This document shows, piece by piece, positions 1 to 13,745 of a stretch of 64,000 nucleotides of DNA; position 1 is the first letter of the stretch, and every line of letters begins with the position of its first letter. The notes beneath the pieces are model-generated. The model was not told the DNA's origin, made no database searches, and saw nothing but the letters and a program-made list of their open reading frames with translations. Where the stretch lies: the NCBI GenBank assembly GCA_951406725.2, contig OX597825.1:58900001-58964000 (forward strand). Reading direction: 5' to 3'. Position numbers and translations under genes: made by a program. The stretch comes from Octopus vulgaris (Eukaryota).

Positions 1-172
1 ACAAAGATACAAAGACACACACACACATATATATATTAATATCATCATCATCATTTAACATGTTTTCCATGCTGGCATGGCTTGGAGAGTTTGTCAGGAG
101 CTATCAAAATTTCATGATAAATTATGTTCCAAACACCAGCTTAATAAGCACGAAGTTATTTTATTAAATACT

Positions 173-628
173 GGCATCCGTGCTAGTGGAGTGCTAAGAG
201 CACCATCCGAGTGTGATCGTTGCCAGAGCAGCTAACTGGCTTTCGTGCAGGTGGCACATAAAAAGCAACATTCGAACGTGTTTGTTACTAGCGTCACCTT
301 ACTCGCACTTGTAAAAAAGGCACATGAAAAAAACATTCGAGCGAGGTCGTTGCCAGTGCCACTGGACTGGCTCCTGTGCAGGTGGCACGTAAAAAACACC
401 ATTTGAGCGTGGCCGTTGCCAGTACCACCTGACTGGCCCGCGTGCTGGTTGTACGTAAAAGCACCCACTACACTCTTAGAGTGGTTGGCGTTAGGAAGGG
501 CATCCAGATGTAGAAACTCTGCCAGATCAGATTGGAGTCTGGTGCAGCCATCTGGTTTGCCAGTCCTCAGTTAAATCGTCCAACCCATGCTAGCATGGAA
601 AGCTGACATTAAACGATGATGATGATGA
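173..628 (+). mobile_element. Non-autonomous retroelement with an RTE-like (GAT)n tail and internal ~60-bp tandem repeats
   Basis: 3' end ...aacccatgctagcatggaaagc..gttaaacgatgatgat; related copies at 54945-55230(+), 39390-39590(+), 33548-33690(-), 43068-43230(-), 63165-63460(-). Confidence 0.7.
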
Positions 629-978
629 CTTGGCAGTGTATTTTATTAGGAACATTGCAACAAAGGGGTTAAGGCTGATTACTTAACATACTAACATCCA
701 GACCCAAAAAGCTTTCTATGTCAATCCAATGAGTGGACTAAGCACAATATCAGTTGACTTGTTACACAATAACAAGCAAGTTTTCATCAAATAGAATCCT
801 ACCAGCTTCTAAATAAATGAATAAACAAAAGAAAGGAGGATGCAATAGAGTGTAATCTGAGATATGGCACAAGGTCAGAATAACAGTTATGATCATAGGC
901 CTTTTGATTTGTGTTGGTTAGAGTGAGAACAGCAAAAATAGATCATAAAGAAAACACAGAAGAGAAACAAAACCAAGA

Positions 979-1197
979 ATGAGGGGGTGCTGAAATGTTT
1001 CTGACTTTTAGGGTATTGAGAAAGGCCTGGTTGGAGGCCCAATCTTCTGAGTTCTTTTAGAGGGCTTAGAAAAACTGAAGGATCCCTGCAATAAGTGTGT
1101 GAAAGTGAGAGGGGAATGTGCTGAATAAAATCATAATTAACTGATCCGCCTGTATTTCTTTTATCTAAAGCCAGGAACTTTTCAGTATCCCTTTGTA
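979..1197. mobile_element. Mariner/Tc1-type MITE
   Basis: TIR gagggggtgctgaaa.../...ttttcagtatccctttgta; inverted relative of 59660-59881. Confidence 0.7.
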
Positions 1198-1530
1198 TGT
1201 ATACCATATTTCCCAGAATACAAGTTGAATTCTTGAGACCAAAATATACAGCCAAAAAAAATATAGGTTGACTTATACACCAAGACAACTTTAGGGGATC
1301 GAATATTCCATGTGAAATACAGCAAGATTTGGAAAGACAGTGATGCTGTTTGAATGTTCACAGTATATACTGTGCCAACTTGTATGCCAGAAATTATGGT
1401 ATACTAAGACATGAAAAGGAAACTTCAAGCTAGACAAGAAGAAAATTATATGATGCAACAAAAGAAGAAACTAGACATTAAGTGAAGATTAAATTACATT
1501 ATAGAGCAAGAGAAAATTTGAAGGACTTAC

Positions 1531-1577
1531 TTTGGCTTCATATAATAATGGTCCATGGAAACAGAGAACACGCTCTC
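1531..1577 (-). CDS. MORF4L1: MRG15/MORF4L1 second coding exon (G-ERVLCFHGPLLYEAK, chromo-barrel N-terminus); gene continues beyond the left edge
   Basis: 47 nt, tttcag|...|gtaagt; the peptide matches the MRG15 signature EGERVLCFHGPLLYEAK. Confidence 0.92.
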
Positions 1578-1644
1578 CTGAAAAGGGAAATAGTTTTGAG
1601 AGACTGAGCATGAAAGTTGAAAAAAAAAATAATAGTAATAATAA

Positions 1645-3520
1645 TCCTTTCTACTAAAAACACAAGGCCTGAAATTTTTTGTGGAGGGTATTAGCTGATT
1701 ACATCAACCTCAGTGTTTCACTGGTACTTAATCTATCGACCCCAAAAGGATGAAAGCAAAGTCGACAGCATCATAACTATTCCTTCCCCTACCACACCTC
1801 ATTAACACTTCTCTCTCTCTCTCTTTTCCTTTCTCTCTCACTCTTTGCTTTTCTCTTCCATTAGTCACATAACGGTGTAACACATTTCGGCCTTAGTGTA
1901 TTAATGTATAAATTCTTCCAACAATAAAAACAAGGACTGAAATTGGAAGGAAGTGGGCAGTTCCAGTCAATTACATCAATCCCAGTGCTTAACCAGTAGG
2001 TATTTTATCAACCCTGAAAGGATGAAAGCAAAGTTGACCTCAGTGGAATTTGAACTCAGAATGAAAAGACAGATGAAATGCTGCTAGGCATTTTGCCCAT
2101 AATAATAATAATGGTTTCAAATTTTGGTACAAGGCCAGCAATTTAGGTGGTTAGTTGTTTATATCAACACCCAGTACTTAAATGATACAATATTTTATTG
2201 ACCTCAGAATATAAAGATGGACAAAATGCTGCTAAGCATTTCACCCAGCATGCTAACGCTTCTGCTGAATTGCCAACTTAATAATAATTCTTTCTAATTT
2301 GGGAATAGGGCCAGCAATTTTAAGGGAGTTAGTCAATTATATTAACCCCGGTGACATGAGAGGCAAAGTGAACCTTGATGCCATTGGAACTCAGAATGTA
2401 AAGCAAGAAGAAATGCCACTAAGAATATTTTCTAGGATGCTAATGGTTCTGCCAGCTCAATAATGATTTTAAATTTTTGCACAAGGCCAGCAATTTTGGG
2501 GGTGGGGGCTAAGTCAGTCAGTCCCGCCCACATTGCCCCCCACCCCTACTCAACTGGTACTTTTTTTATCAACCCAAAAAGACGAAAGGCAAAATCAACC
2601 TTGGTGAAATTTGAACTCAGAATGTGAGTAGCTTGCATATAAACCACATGGTTCCAGGTTCAGTCCCACTGCGTGGCACCTTGGGTAAGTGCCTTCTACT
2701 ATAGCCTTGGGCTGACAAAAGCCTTGTGAGTGGATTTGGTAGACGGAAACCGAAAAGAAGCCAGTCGTATATATGTATATATATGTGTGTGTGTATGTTT
2801 GTGTTTGTCCCCCACCCAACATCGCTTGACAACTGATGCTGGTGTGTTTATGTCGCTGTAACTTAGCGGTTCAGCAAAAGAGACCGATAGAATAAGTTAC
2901 TAGGCTTACAACGAATAAATCTTGAGGTCGATTTGCTCGACTAAAGGTGGTGCTCCAGCATGGCCATAGTCAAATGACTGAAACAAGTAAAAAAGTATGA
3001 TTGAAATGCTGTTAAGCATTTTGTACAGTGTTCTAACAATTTTGGCAGCTCAATAATAATAATGGTTGCAAATTTTGGTACCAGGCCAGCAATTTTAGGG
3101 AAAAGCTGTTAGCTGTTTATATTGAATTCAGTACATAACTGGTACTTTATTTTATTGATTCTGGTAGGATGAAAGGCAAACCTGACTTCAGCAGTATTTG
3201 AACTCAAAACATAAAGAGCCACAAGAATTGTCACTTACCATTTTGTCCAACACAGTAATAATTCTGTGTAAAAATTATTAATAACGATATCAATAATAAT
3301 AATTATTTCAAATTTTGGTACAAGATCAGCAATCCTGAGGGTAGGGTACATGTTGAAGACACTGAACCCAATATTTGACTAATACTTAATTCCATTGACC
3401 TCTACAAAAAATGCAATGCAAAGTTGACCCTGGTGGAATTTGAACTTGGAATGTAATGAGTCAGAAGAACTATCACCAGGCATTTGTCCAATGCACTAAT
3501 GACTCTGCTGGCTTACCATT
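1645..3520 (-). repeat. Head-to-tail array of ~7 diverged SINE-B units separated by (AAT)n, with a nested SINE-A
   Basis: Repeated ggtactt..atcgaccc.gaaaggatgaaaggcaaagtcgacc..ggaatttgaactcag motif. Confidence 0.8.
2626..2995 (+). mobile_element. SINE-A (tRNA-derived, internal TA/TG microsatellite)
   Basis: ggttcagtcccactgcgtggcaccttgg ... aaatgactgaaacaagtaaaa; nested inside a SINE-B. Confidence 0.8.
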
Positions 3521-3743
3521 GTAATAGTAATAATAATAATTTTGGATCTTTCCTGTTTGGCTTTTTAAATTTTGAAATTAAGTGAAAATTTTCAAATTTG
3601 GTATATTGGTGTAATTTTTCATGCTGGATCTCATGTTCTAGAAAAATTTTAGTAAAGTGTTACAGAGGTTTAAAGTTTGATTATTTTTACCCACCCAGAA
3701 AACAGAATTTGGAAGCTGGCATTTTGTCCATAATTTCTAACAT

Positions 3744-4128
3744 TACTCTTTACTCTTTTACTTGTTTCAGTCATTTGACTGCGGCCATACTGGAGCACCA
3801 CTTTTAGTCGAGCAAATTGACCCCAGGACTTATTCTTTGTGAGCCTAGTACATATTCTATTGTTTTCTTTTGCCGAACCGCTAAGTTACAGGGATGTAAA
3901 CACACCAGCATCGGTTGTCAAGCAATGTTGGAGGGGAAAACACAGACACACAAACACACACACATATATACGATGGGCTTCTTTCAGTTTCCGTCTACCA
4001 CTCACAAGGCTTTTGTCAGCCCAAGGCTATAGTAGAAGACACTTACCCAAGGTGCCACGCAGTGGGACTGAACCCAGAACCATGTGGTTGGTAAGCAAAC
4101 TACTTACCACACAGACACTCCTGCACTT
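3744..4128 (-). mobile_element. SINE-A
   Basis: Reverse complement of the 2626-2995 family. Confidence 0.8.
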
Positions 4129-5349
4129 ACAAAGCTACAAAGTTTGTGAAACAATTGGAAGCATAGTCAATGAAATTATGTCCCTAGTATTTCACTGGTA
4201 TTTTTATCAACATCAGAATACTGAAAGGCAAAGTCAACCAAAAAAATAACTAAAATACTTCAAAGATCTCATCTAATACTTTAAACAATTCTATTATTTA
4301 CCACACTTTCTAGTAATCATCATCATTATCATTTAACATCCACTTTTTCATGCCTGCATGGGTAGGATGGAATTTATTTGAAGTAGATTTTCTATGGCTG
4401 GATACTCTTCTTGTTGCCAACCAAGCTAATATTTCCCTATGGCCAGATATGTTATCACATAATATTGGAAATGAACAACACTGCTTGTATGACAGTGACA
4501 ATCATTTACAACTATCACATGATACTGAGATGGAGAGACTCAAATACACACACACACATATATATATAGATACATATACAATGTGCATTTTTCAGTTTCT
4601 GTTGACCAAATCTTTTTGGTCAGCCAGAAGCTATAGAAGACACTTGTCTAAAGTGCCATGCAATGGGACTGAGCCCAGAACCATGTGGTTGGGAAGCAAG
4701 AAGTACAACATTCAACACTAGTGAAATGCAAGTTCTGAACATGGAAGAATTGCAATAGTTAGAAAGAAATAATTTGAACATGCTTTGCTGATTGAATAAT
4801 GATAGTGTATATATATTAGTGATGGATTGAGAGAAGAGTTAAATATAAGAGGAATCAGATTTAGTCTTCAAGACAGAAAATTGAAAAGGTTATGGGTGTG
4901 TGATGTGTATACAAGATGTCAGCTGTATAAAGAACTGCCAAGTGTTGAAAGAGAATGGACAGCAGTGAAGAGAGAGACTTAGGCAGTCATAGGAAAAAGT
5001 GATGAAGACCAATTATAACAAGTTGAATCTTATGAAAGAGATGACCAAGGACTACAGTAGTCTGGTGATATGCGGTGCTGGGGAAGACATGTCCATCTGT
5101 GTAAGGATGGAAAAAATGCTCATTAAAATGGTTACAACAGTAGAAACTGGAACATACAATATATGCACATTTGTGCCCTTGTTCATATATTCCCACCAAC
5201 TTTCTGTCAACTGCCCTTCTTTGTTATGCTTTCAACCCTCACTCCTACTTCTATTCACTGATCTGCACCACCTGTATAATGAGGAATGACACTATGTCCT
5301 TACACAATCTTCCTAGTTATCACTCTACCTTTCCACCAGCATAATGTCT

Positions 5350-5840
5350 GTGTAATGAGGGCTGAATGACCATCTGGGGCCCATGGATAACTTTCAAAGG
5401 TCCCTCACCTGGCAGTGCTACTGAGGGGCGCTGACTGTTTGCGATAAACAAAACCGTTCTGCATGCACTCATCCAGTGCCCAAGTATTGCTGACCTGTGG
5501 GTTTATGTCGAACAGCTACTGTTACATATAGGACAGATCCGGCTATCAGCTGAATCCATAGTGAAGATTGCCCTGCTAACCTCCTTTAACCGGGAGAGTA
5601 AGGCAATTTTCCATTGTCTAGTGGCTGTAGCGAAAGAGGTGGTATGGTGGACCCATTTGAAAGGACTAAAGTCAGACACTTTCCTCTTTGGCCAAGGCCT
5701 CATCAGCTTTTTCAAGTTCCACTTGAAAAAGATGAGAGTAGAGAGGGAAGTGCTGTCTTGTAGCAAATTTATTGAAAGGTGGGTGAATGTCGGTAAAATG
5801 GCCAGTATGAACGGACCAATTCTGAGGTTACACCTGTAAA
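5350..5840 (+). mobile_element. L1/Tx1-clade LINE ORF2 3' relic
   Basis: TVLHALIQCPSIADLW (CCHC knuckle) ... VAVAKEVVW ... FIERW, followed by an A-tract. Confidence 0.7.
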
Positions 5841-8800
5841 AAAAAAAAGGTAATATAAAAGGAGAAGGGGCTCTCTATGCCTTTCTGACCAGGTTCCCAT
5901 GGCTTTTATGGGGTTTTCCACAAGTAACCTTTCAAAGGTGGCCAATAAAACCAGAATTAATTTTCCCTTCTCCCAACATTCCCCTCTCAATGACTCCCAC
6001 CATTACCTACTACCATTCATTACTTATCTCTCTTACATTAACCCTTCCCCTATCACTCTACTCATTGCTGATTAACCTTACATGCTCCCATTTCCTTTAC
6101 TCCTCCTTCAACCATGCCAACTTCCCACAATATGTAGCTGCTCCTATCAATCTTCCATTGCTCCTTCCCCTACTACTCTCTTTGTTCTGTGACACCCATC
6201 AAACTCATATGCTTTCTTCTATTCACCCTCATAGCCATGTCTACCTTGCCTCACTAAGGTTGGTTCCACAATAAAATGCACCCAGTACACCCAGTAGAAT
6301 ATTTGGTGCTAGGCAGGCCCTTCTGCTGCAGAAGCCTTGTCAAATGAAACTTGCAAATGAGATACGGCTCCCCAACTCATCTAGGAAGGCAGTAATGCCA
6401 AACAGGAGCCGACTCAACCTGAGAAGATCTGTCCAACTCATACCAGCACGATAAACAGATGTAAAATGTATAATGACGCACAGACTATATATCAGATGGG
6501 AAGTAATAGTTTATCATATCGACCCAAGTACATGGCTGGTACTTATTTTACTAGCTTCTGAAAGGAAGAAGGCAAAGTTGATAAAATGAATGTGAAGGAT
6601 ATGATTAAATAACTCAAGGCATTTAGGTTCCATTCAACCAGCCACTGCCTTCAACAACTATTAGTACTATTAGTGCTAAAAGAGCTTCTGAATTGTTGCT
6701 CAACCTACAAGAAATAGGCACCAAATCCCCTAAAAGCTCATCCTACTATCTTTAGCATTCGGATTTCTCTGTCAAATGAAATATTTATTCTCATTTTTCA
6801 AAATTAAAAATTAATCTTGCATTATCTCATAGCTTTGAGATCTTGATATGTTTGTTTATTTTTAGAATGGCACTGTAAGCTAGGTGTAAGAGGCTGGATC
6901 TGGCCAGTTTGAAAGTAAAACAAATAGAATCTTTTGGCTGGATATGGCCAGTTTAAATGCTAAAGGGTTAAAAAAAAAGCTGGAGATAATGTAGTTTTGT
7001 GTACAGGAAGGATGATAAGAAGATACCACAAAGTTGGTAAAGGTTCTTTGGGCAAAAGGACCAAAAGAACTAGCTGCTGCAGGAAATTTAAAACTGGGGG
7101 AAACAAGACTCTCATCTGAGCCATAAAGTTTTGGATGAGGATCTGACAAATTTTGCAGTGCTGGGCAAGAACCATCCAGTTTGTAACAGATGGATAACTT
7201 TCTCAAAGCATTGTAAGCCATGCTTTTTTTGCTTGAATTACTTGAGGGACTTGGAGCTGTAGGGTTTTCATTGTGTGGAGCTGTTTCTGATGGGTCAAGG
7301 ATGAAGTACATTAAAACTGACACTTTGTTGGTGATGACAACAACAGTTCCAGTTGATTTGATCAATAGAACCTGCCCGTGAAATTAATGTGCAGATGGTT
7401 GAGCACTCCAGACATGCATACCCTCAATGTAGTTCTCAGGCAGATTCAGTGTGACACAAAATGTGACAAGGCTGGCCCTTTGAATTACAAAGTACAGCTC
7501 ATTTTTGCCAGTTGAGTGGACTGGAGCAACGTGAAATAAAGCATCTTGCTCAAGAATACAATGCACTGATGGGGATCAAACTCATGACCTTACAATCGTG
7601 AGATGAACACTCCTAACCACTAAGCCATGTCTTCACTACGTATGAAGTACATATGCTACCAGGAATACTTAGTATGGAACTGGTGATGCTCAAACTAGTG
7701 AACTGGCTTGAATGAAGTACGATAGGATCCAGGAAGTGATGAGGAGGAAACTTTGTGTAGTATGTGGATAAATAGTCCCTAATAAGATAGCAGTGGAGGC
7801 ACATGGCCTAGTGGTTAGAGCAGCGGATTCGCAGTCAAGGGATAACAGGTTCGAATCTCAGACCGGGCAATGTGTGTGTTTATGAATGAAGCACCTAAGT
7901 TCCACGTGGCTCTGGCAGAAGGTAATGGCGAATTTCTGCTGACTCGTTCGCTACAACTTTCTCTCACTCTTTCCTCCTGCATCTTGCAGCTCACCTGCAA
8001 TGGAACAGCGTCCCGTCCAGGTGGGGAACCTATACACTAACGAAAATGACCCTATGCTCCACAAGGAGCAAAAAGGATTAAGAAGAAGATAGTGAATGGA
8101 CAGAAACATTCATGACCTGGCAGAAGGTGGATTTGGATGTGAGAGATCAAGGATGTTAGGAGTGTTGTTGTGTCAGTCAGAGAAACGCAAGGGATGAAAC
8201 TTAACTGTGGAAAATTGAAGACTGCAAAAGATTCAGTTTCTACATTGGCAGCACCAATACAGAATGGGTGTGGGAGCCAAGAAAAGTTGTGAGTTTTTAT
8301 GTTATTGAGGATGATGACTCTAGAGGGTGGTGAAGAGAGAAAGATGTTTGTGATGTTGGAAGAGTTTAGGGTGGTAGAGGAAGTGCAGATGTATTTAGAA
8401 AAGTGGGGAGAGAATGAGAGAAACAGACAGATAGACAGAGAGTTTGAGTCAAAATAAGTAAAAGTTTTAGTAGATAATATCCAGGTGAAAGAGATGATTG
8501 GAATTCAAGTATGGGCAGATACTGCCGTCTGGAGTAGAGAGTGCAGTCTGGACAGTAGAAATGGACTACAGATATGAGTAAGATTTGTGTTTCAGAGAGG
8601 AATAGGATGTGAGGTTTGCATGTTAGTTAGAGGTGATGTGTGAAGTGCAGGCTGGATCAGAGTTCATGGCTGTTAAAGAAGAGGGAGATTTGTCCTGCAG
8701 GCTTGGTTTTAGCTTCTGGCATCTAGATCAGTATAGAGCATATAAATACGCTGTGAGGTCACAGAATGAAAATGGATTCTGCAAATTTGGTAGCGATCTT

Positions 8801-10464
8801 TTTTGGCAAGACACCATAAGCCTAAGTTTGGCAGTGGAGTGAGGAGGAAGATACTAAGTTCTACTAGTGTGTGCAGAACAAGGATGTGATTTCATATGTA
8901 GTATGAGACTAAACTGAAGTCACCTTTGAAGGATGGTTTTCAAATTTTTTATTTGAGGCAATACTGACTCTACTGCAAGTCTGATGCCTTGAGCCAGCGC
9001 AAGGAATCATTTTTATCAGCATTGTCACATCGTTAAAGACAATCTTTAGAATGGCTTTTAGCATATTTCAAACAACTATCTTTGAATACCTTTAACAGTA
9101 CTTAAGCTACGTTGTATTTGTTGCTGTTATTGGAACATGAACAAGGAACTACCTGATGAATGATAAATAAAAGAAAACATACTTGAAAGAATTTAACAAA
9201 GATTTATTTTAGCCATGCACAAGAGCAAACTTTGAATGAGGCTTTTGAATATAGACTAAATATGATAGTAGTATATATTGATTCAACTCCTGCGTGGATT
9301 AAAGAAATAATCAAATGAGAATTAAACAAACTCTGATGTGATTTGAACTCGAACCCGAAATGACGGTACTAAAATATCAGTGAAATTTAGTCCGGTGCTT
9401 TATTGTTTCAACCCTCCTCTTTCTCCCACTCATTCCTAGAATTAACAGTAACAAAATTATAGAAATACATATATTTTAAACCTGATTACTTTTAGCAACT
9501 TTCAGATGTTTGTAATGTTTTCTAATATAACGACAAAGTCATAGGTATTAAGAGAAAACACATCCATTAAATCACAACCCGTATTTGACTGGTTATTGAT
9601 GTCTTCGATATCGCCATCCGTTTCCATAGAGCTCACAACTTAAGGAATTATGTGCACACAATACTGGTTCCTATCCACGGCAAGTTTATTTGTTGCACGA
9701 AACGTAATATTGCATCTGGTTAGATTCTTAAATTCCCAAATGCATGCCTTTCTCAAAGCTCCTCCGACACAATGTTTATTTCGGAAGGATGAAAGGCGGA
9801 ATACGTATTCGGAATGCCTGTTACTCTACCGATGGAAACGAAAATGACAATAAGCTACAATCACCATTTATACATCTTCAAGCCATCCTCAACAGTATGA
9901 CATGCCGCATATTGAAGATAGATGAACCAGGCAAAAAGAGCCAACAACGTTGTTTAACCTGCTAGAAACATGGAATAGCAGCCGAATCTCATTCAAACTG
10001 CACCTCACTGTCTTAAAGAAAAGAAGGATGATTTGAAAAGAAAATACTGGATAATGATGGCTGAGAAGCCTTTGACCATAGTTCTACATCGATAGAGCTG
10101 GCCTGGAGCTAAACAACAACCGCTCTTTGAATAGTCAGGCTTGTTTCGATGGTAGCAGCGGCGAGGGCGAAGGCAGACATCAGTTTTAAATGTTGACAAC
10201 AATGGAAGTCCAGGCGGTTGCAATGGACAAAGAAAAAAAAAGTTTTGTTCTAATTATTCGTTCGTTTAAGCACCTTGTTGTCAATGATAATAACTAGTAC
10301 GTTGGGAGCAACAGATACGGATTGTGTATACTAAAAATATACACATGTGTTGCGAGGAAACCGAGAGGAAAAAAAAAACAACAAAAATTAATATTATGAG
10401 AATAACCGACCACGCTGTTTCGCTGTTTCAACTCGATAATTGTACAAATTACAAGTATACTCAC

Positions 10465-10492
10465 CCTCAACAAATTTCATTTTAGGAGCCAT
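10465..10492 (-). CDS. MORF4L1: MRG15/MORF4L1 first coding exon (MAPKMKFVE-G)
   Basis: ATG in AAGATGG context, 28 nt, then a gtgagt donor; phase 1 joins 1577-1531 to give MAPKMKFVEGERVLCFHGPLLYEAK. Confidence 0.88.
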
Positions 10493-10660
10493 CTTTCTTG
10501 TTTTTAAATAAACATACGCCAAGACGAAAATAAAAATACAAACTTCGGTGTTAATCACATAATTATTACATTGGCATCAACGTGAAAATATCTGTGTGTG
10601 AAACGTCATGGCTGCGAGGAAAACGAAATTAGGTGACGTCACTGGTCTATGATAGTTTCT
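10486..10660 (-). promoter_or_regulatory. Putative MORF4L1 5'UTR/promoter with a full CRE palindrome and a YY1-like site
   Basis: GTGACGTCAC at 10633-10642; AAGATGGC overlapping the start codon; locally CpG-richer and free of SINEs. Confidence 0.55.
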
Positions 10661-10739
10661 TATTAGCATTTCATATATTCATTCTTTGTAGATACTCGTC
10701 ATTGATCGGAAATGATTAACAGAGCTGTTGTATTGCTGC

Positions 10740-11166
10740 TTTAGAAAATATGAGTAGAATATATATATATATAAAAGAATATAGAAAATTGAATGTTCCT
10801 TTGTTTGAAGGTTTAGGGACGTTACTCTTCTTCGTTTCGTTTCTGTTGCATTTGTTTTGAGATAATTAGATTTTGGATGCACTGTTCTCTTCCGCTATGT
10901 TAGTGTTTATATAAATATTTACATAGAATAAAATATTTATTAATAGAGTTGTAATAATAATGATTTAGAAAATATGTGTAGAATATATATAAGAAAAAAC
11001 GGAATATAGAAAATGATATATTCTTTTATTTAAAAGATTTAGTTACGTGCGATACTTCTTCGTTTCGTTTCAGTTGTGTTTGTAGCTTGATAATTACTGA
11101 TTTTTGGATGAACCGTTCTCTGCCGCCATGGAAGTGTTTATATAAATATTTACGTTGAATGAAATA
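10740..11166. repeat. Diverged ~225-bp tandem duplication upstream of MORF4L1
   Basis: 10740-10935 aligns with 10964-11166 (ttagaaaatatg... cttcttcgtttcgtttc... gtgtttatataaatatttac). Confidence 0.8.
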
Positions 11167-11757
11167 AAAAGCGATATACATACTATAGTATATTTATACT
11201 TAATCTAAGGTTAGGATTAAAGACTTGGATCGGGATTGGTTTAAGAAAAGATTTTACGGTTTGAGTCAAGATTTTTAAAAAGTGTGAAATATTTAAAAAT
11301 TACATTTTCGGCTTAATATATTTATTTCGACCACAAAATTATTGCACATGCATAATATGTAAAAATACAACACATAATAAAAACATGCTTGTAACCGAGG
11401 GTTCATGACAGGGCAAAATTTCTGTTAGGGCATCAAAAAACTCGTGTAGTTCTTTGAAACAGAAACGATACAATAACGACGAAAATAAGCAAGAACAAGA
11501 AGAAAATTTATTAGACGCAAGAACCTAAGACGTTTGGGACAGTATAGGGTGAAATACAAAGAAACAAGAAATATTAAGGGTTTATAAAGAAATAAATGGG
11601 AGGTATCTTCTAAACAATGAATATATCATAGCAACTGATAACACACCACAAAGTTTAATGGAACCTACTGAAGCAAGCAAGCACGCTCGCAGCATTACAA
11701 CGGGCAATGGCGAGGCTAAGGCGTTGGGAAAGCCAAGCGCCCTCACAGACATGAATA

Positions 11758-12209
11758 TGTAGTGGATCTTGCATGCATGAAGTGGATTCGATTCCACCAT
11801 AGCCAAATTTAAATTAACACTGCAACAGAACTGTTCCCTCTGACAGCAGTTTTACATTTTCCAGATGCCTTCAGCTAGGCCGAAATAATGTCTTTACCAC
11901 TTGACCCTTTCTAACCTCTTCTACTTCACCAAAAGCTAGAATAGGGATAACAAGATCACCAACTAAATCTATTGTTCTCAAGGATATATCTATCCTTCTG
12001 GATAGTTATATAAGCCAGCACATCCCAAGCAAAAATCAGTTAGTCACAGTCGGGGAAGACTCAACGAGGTCTGGATGACCGACCTTGGTCAGAGGGAGAA
12101 ATGAAGTTACTGTCAGCAACAGGTGTCTAACAGGGGGAGAATTATGTCTAAACATGAGCGCAGAGCTATGGTGGATCGAATCCACTTCATGCATGCAAGA
12201 TCCACTACA
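11758..12209. mobile_element. Non-autonomous TGT...ACA element (Ginger-like MITE or solo LTR)
   Basis: ~45-bp TIR tgtagtggatcttgcatgcatgaagtggat...; 4-bp TSD AATA/AATA; truncated second copy at ~14044-14421. Confidence 0.75.
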
Positions 12210-12626
12210 AATACATTATTAAACAGGTAACAAAAAAAAAAGCGATAAAGTATTAAGAAATAGTCGTTTGGATTGATAATGACAAGCAATAGCAAACCCT
12301 GAAAATAATGGCATTGTACAGTTAGATGGAACATGCAATGCAAGAGTTCTCAACCACTGTGCCGCACAGAAAGAATAATTTTAAAACTTTATATCAATTT
12401 TATTGACTAACACAGTCTGCAGGATGTTTTTGCATTATATTTGTATTATATGTTTTTAATAACTAAACTAGTCGTTATCCGTCGCTATGCTACCAGGTAA
12501 CGACCCAGTCAAAATGAAATAGATCCTTCGGCAGAAACCTACCGCAATAATCACGTTGATATGATCAGAAACAACTTGTTTTTATTTTCTTTTTTGAAGA
12601 AACAAATTTTAATTCTTTCACACACA

Positions 12627-12701
<75 letters not shown>

Positions 12702-13409
12702 TATAAGTCTCTCTCAACAACAATAACAACCTCTCTTTATAGCGAAAGTCGTTTATTGAAGTCTGTGTTGCGTCGTATGCATGTTGAAAGACATACAGAA
12801 ACACATACATGGGCAAACAACCAAAAAGATATCTTTGTCACGTGCTTTCACTGGACTTCCGAGCGCAGCTCTGAGTGCCTTGGGCATGTGTTGTGGTTTA
12901 TTGTGGTGCTCTTATTTTAACTGTATTGAAAGTGGGTTACGTAGGATGTACGCGGTGCCTACTAGTGTTATTATCTGTATGTTATATACATTCCTAAGTC
13001 CTAGTGTTTTGGTTATGTATTTGTCTGAATGTTTTTTTAATCATACCCAATGCACCTGTTATTATAGGGATTGTTTCTGTTTTTAGTCTCCACATTAGAG
13101 TTACCTCTGTAGCGTCTAGTGAAATACATTATCCCTCTTTGAGAGACATCATACAAATAACGTCGTGGCAGATAGCAGCCATCCTTCGGCTGCTTAGGCC
13201 TAGTTGTGTCCACTACTCTGATTGGTTAGTTTTGGTGCAGTTTTATCTCTTGCTTTATTTCGCGCCAATGTGTAAACCAACCAATCGCAACCTTCAGATA
13301 AGGTCCCGTGGCATTGTTTTTCTAATGCCTTGTGTGAGCCACCTAAACCTTTTAAAAGCTAGTCACGACAAACCATTATTCGTTTTTGGTTCTAGACCTT
13401 CTTAGGACT

Positions 13410-13745
13410 AACCTCTGACTACAGAGGAGACAGCCAGTTCCAGCGACTCAGCCATGTTACAACTAGGAAGAACACAACTGTCATTCGAGTTAATAATAAA
13501 GATTGTTCCACCGCTTTCTCTGAATAGGGAAGGGCGGGCATGCTTCTTCTGCGTAGTGGCCATGGCGAAAGAGGTAGTATGGAAGATGTGAATAAAAGGA
13601 ATCATGATAGGCGCCTTCGTCTCCGGTCTTGGATTGGTGAACTTCTTTTGTTTCCATCTCAGGAGGAAAATAAGACTGGAAAGGAGGCGCTTGTCACCTA
13701 GTATGTACGAGATGGAAGAAAGTGGCAAAGCATAAAAGTTAAGTT
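13410..13745 (+). mobile_element. Second L1/Tx1-clade relic
   Basis: ...LNREGRACFFCVVAMAKEVVW... homologous to 5560-5800. Confidence 0.65.

Noticed and set aside
6880-7365. 161-aa minus-strand ORF in the MORF4L1 intron
   Set aside because: Begins in a SINE and ends in a MITE; no recognisable domain or convincing splice sites.
8130-8850. Purine-rich stretch that may be an old LINE on the minus strand
   Set aside because: Too decayed for me to read diagnostic RT or endonuclease motifs.
10608-10652. Divergent mini-ORF MAARKTKLGDVTGL
   Set aside because: Only 14 codons with a weak donor and no homology; kept only as a promoter observation.
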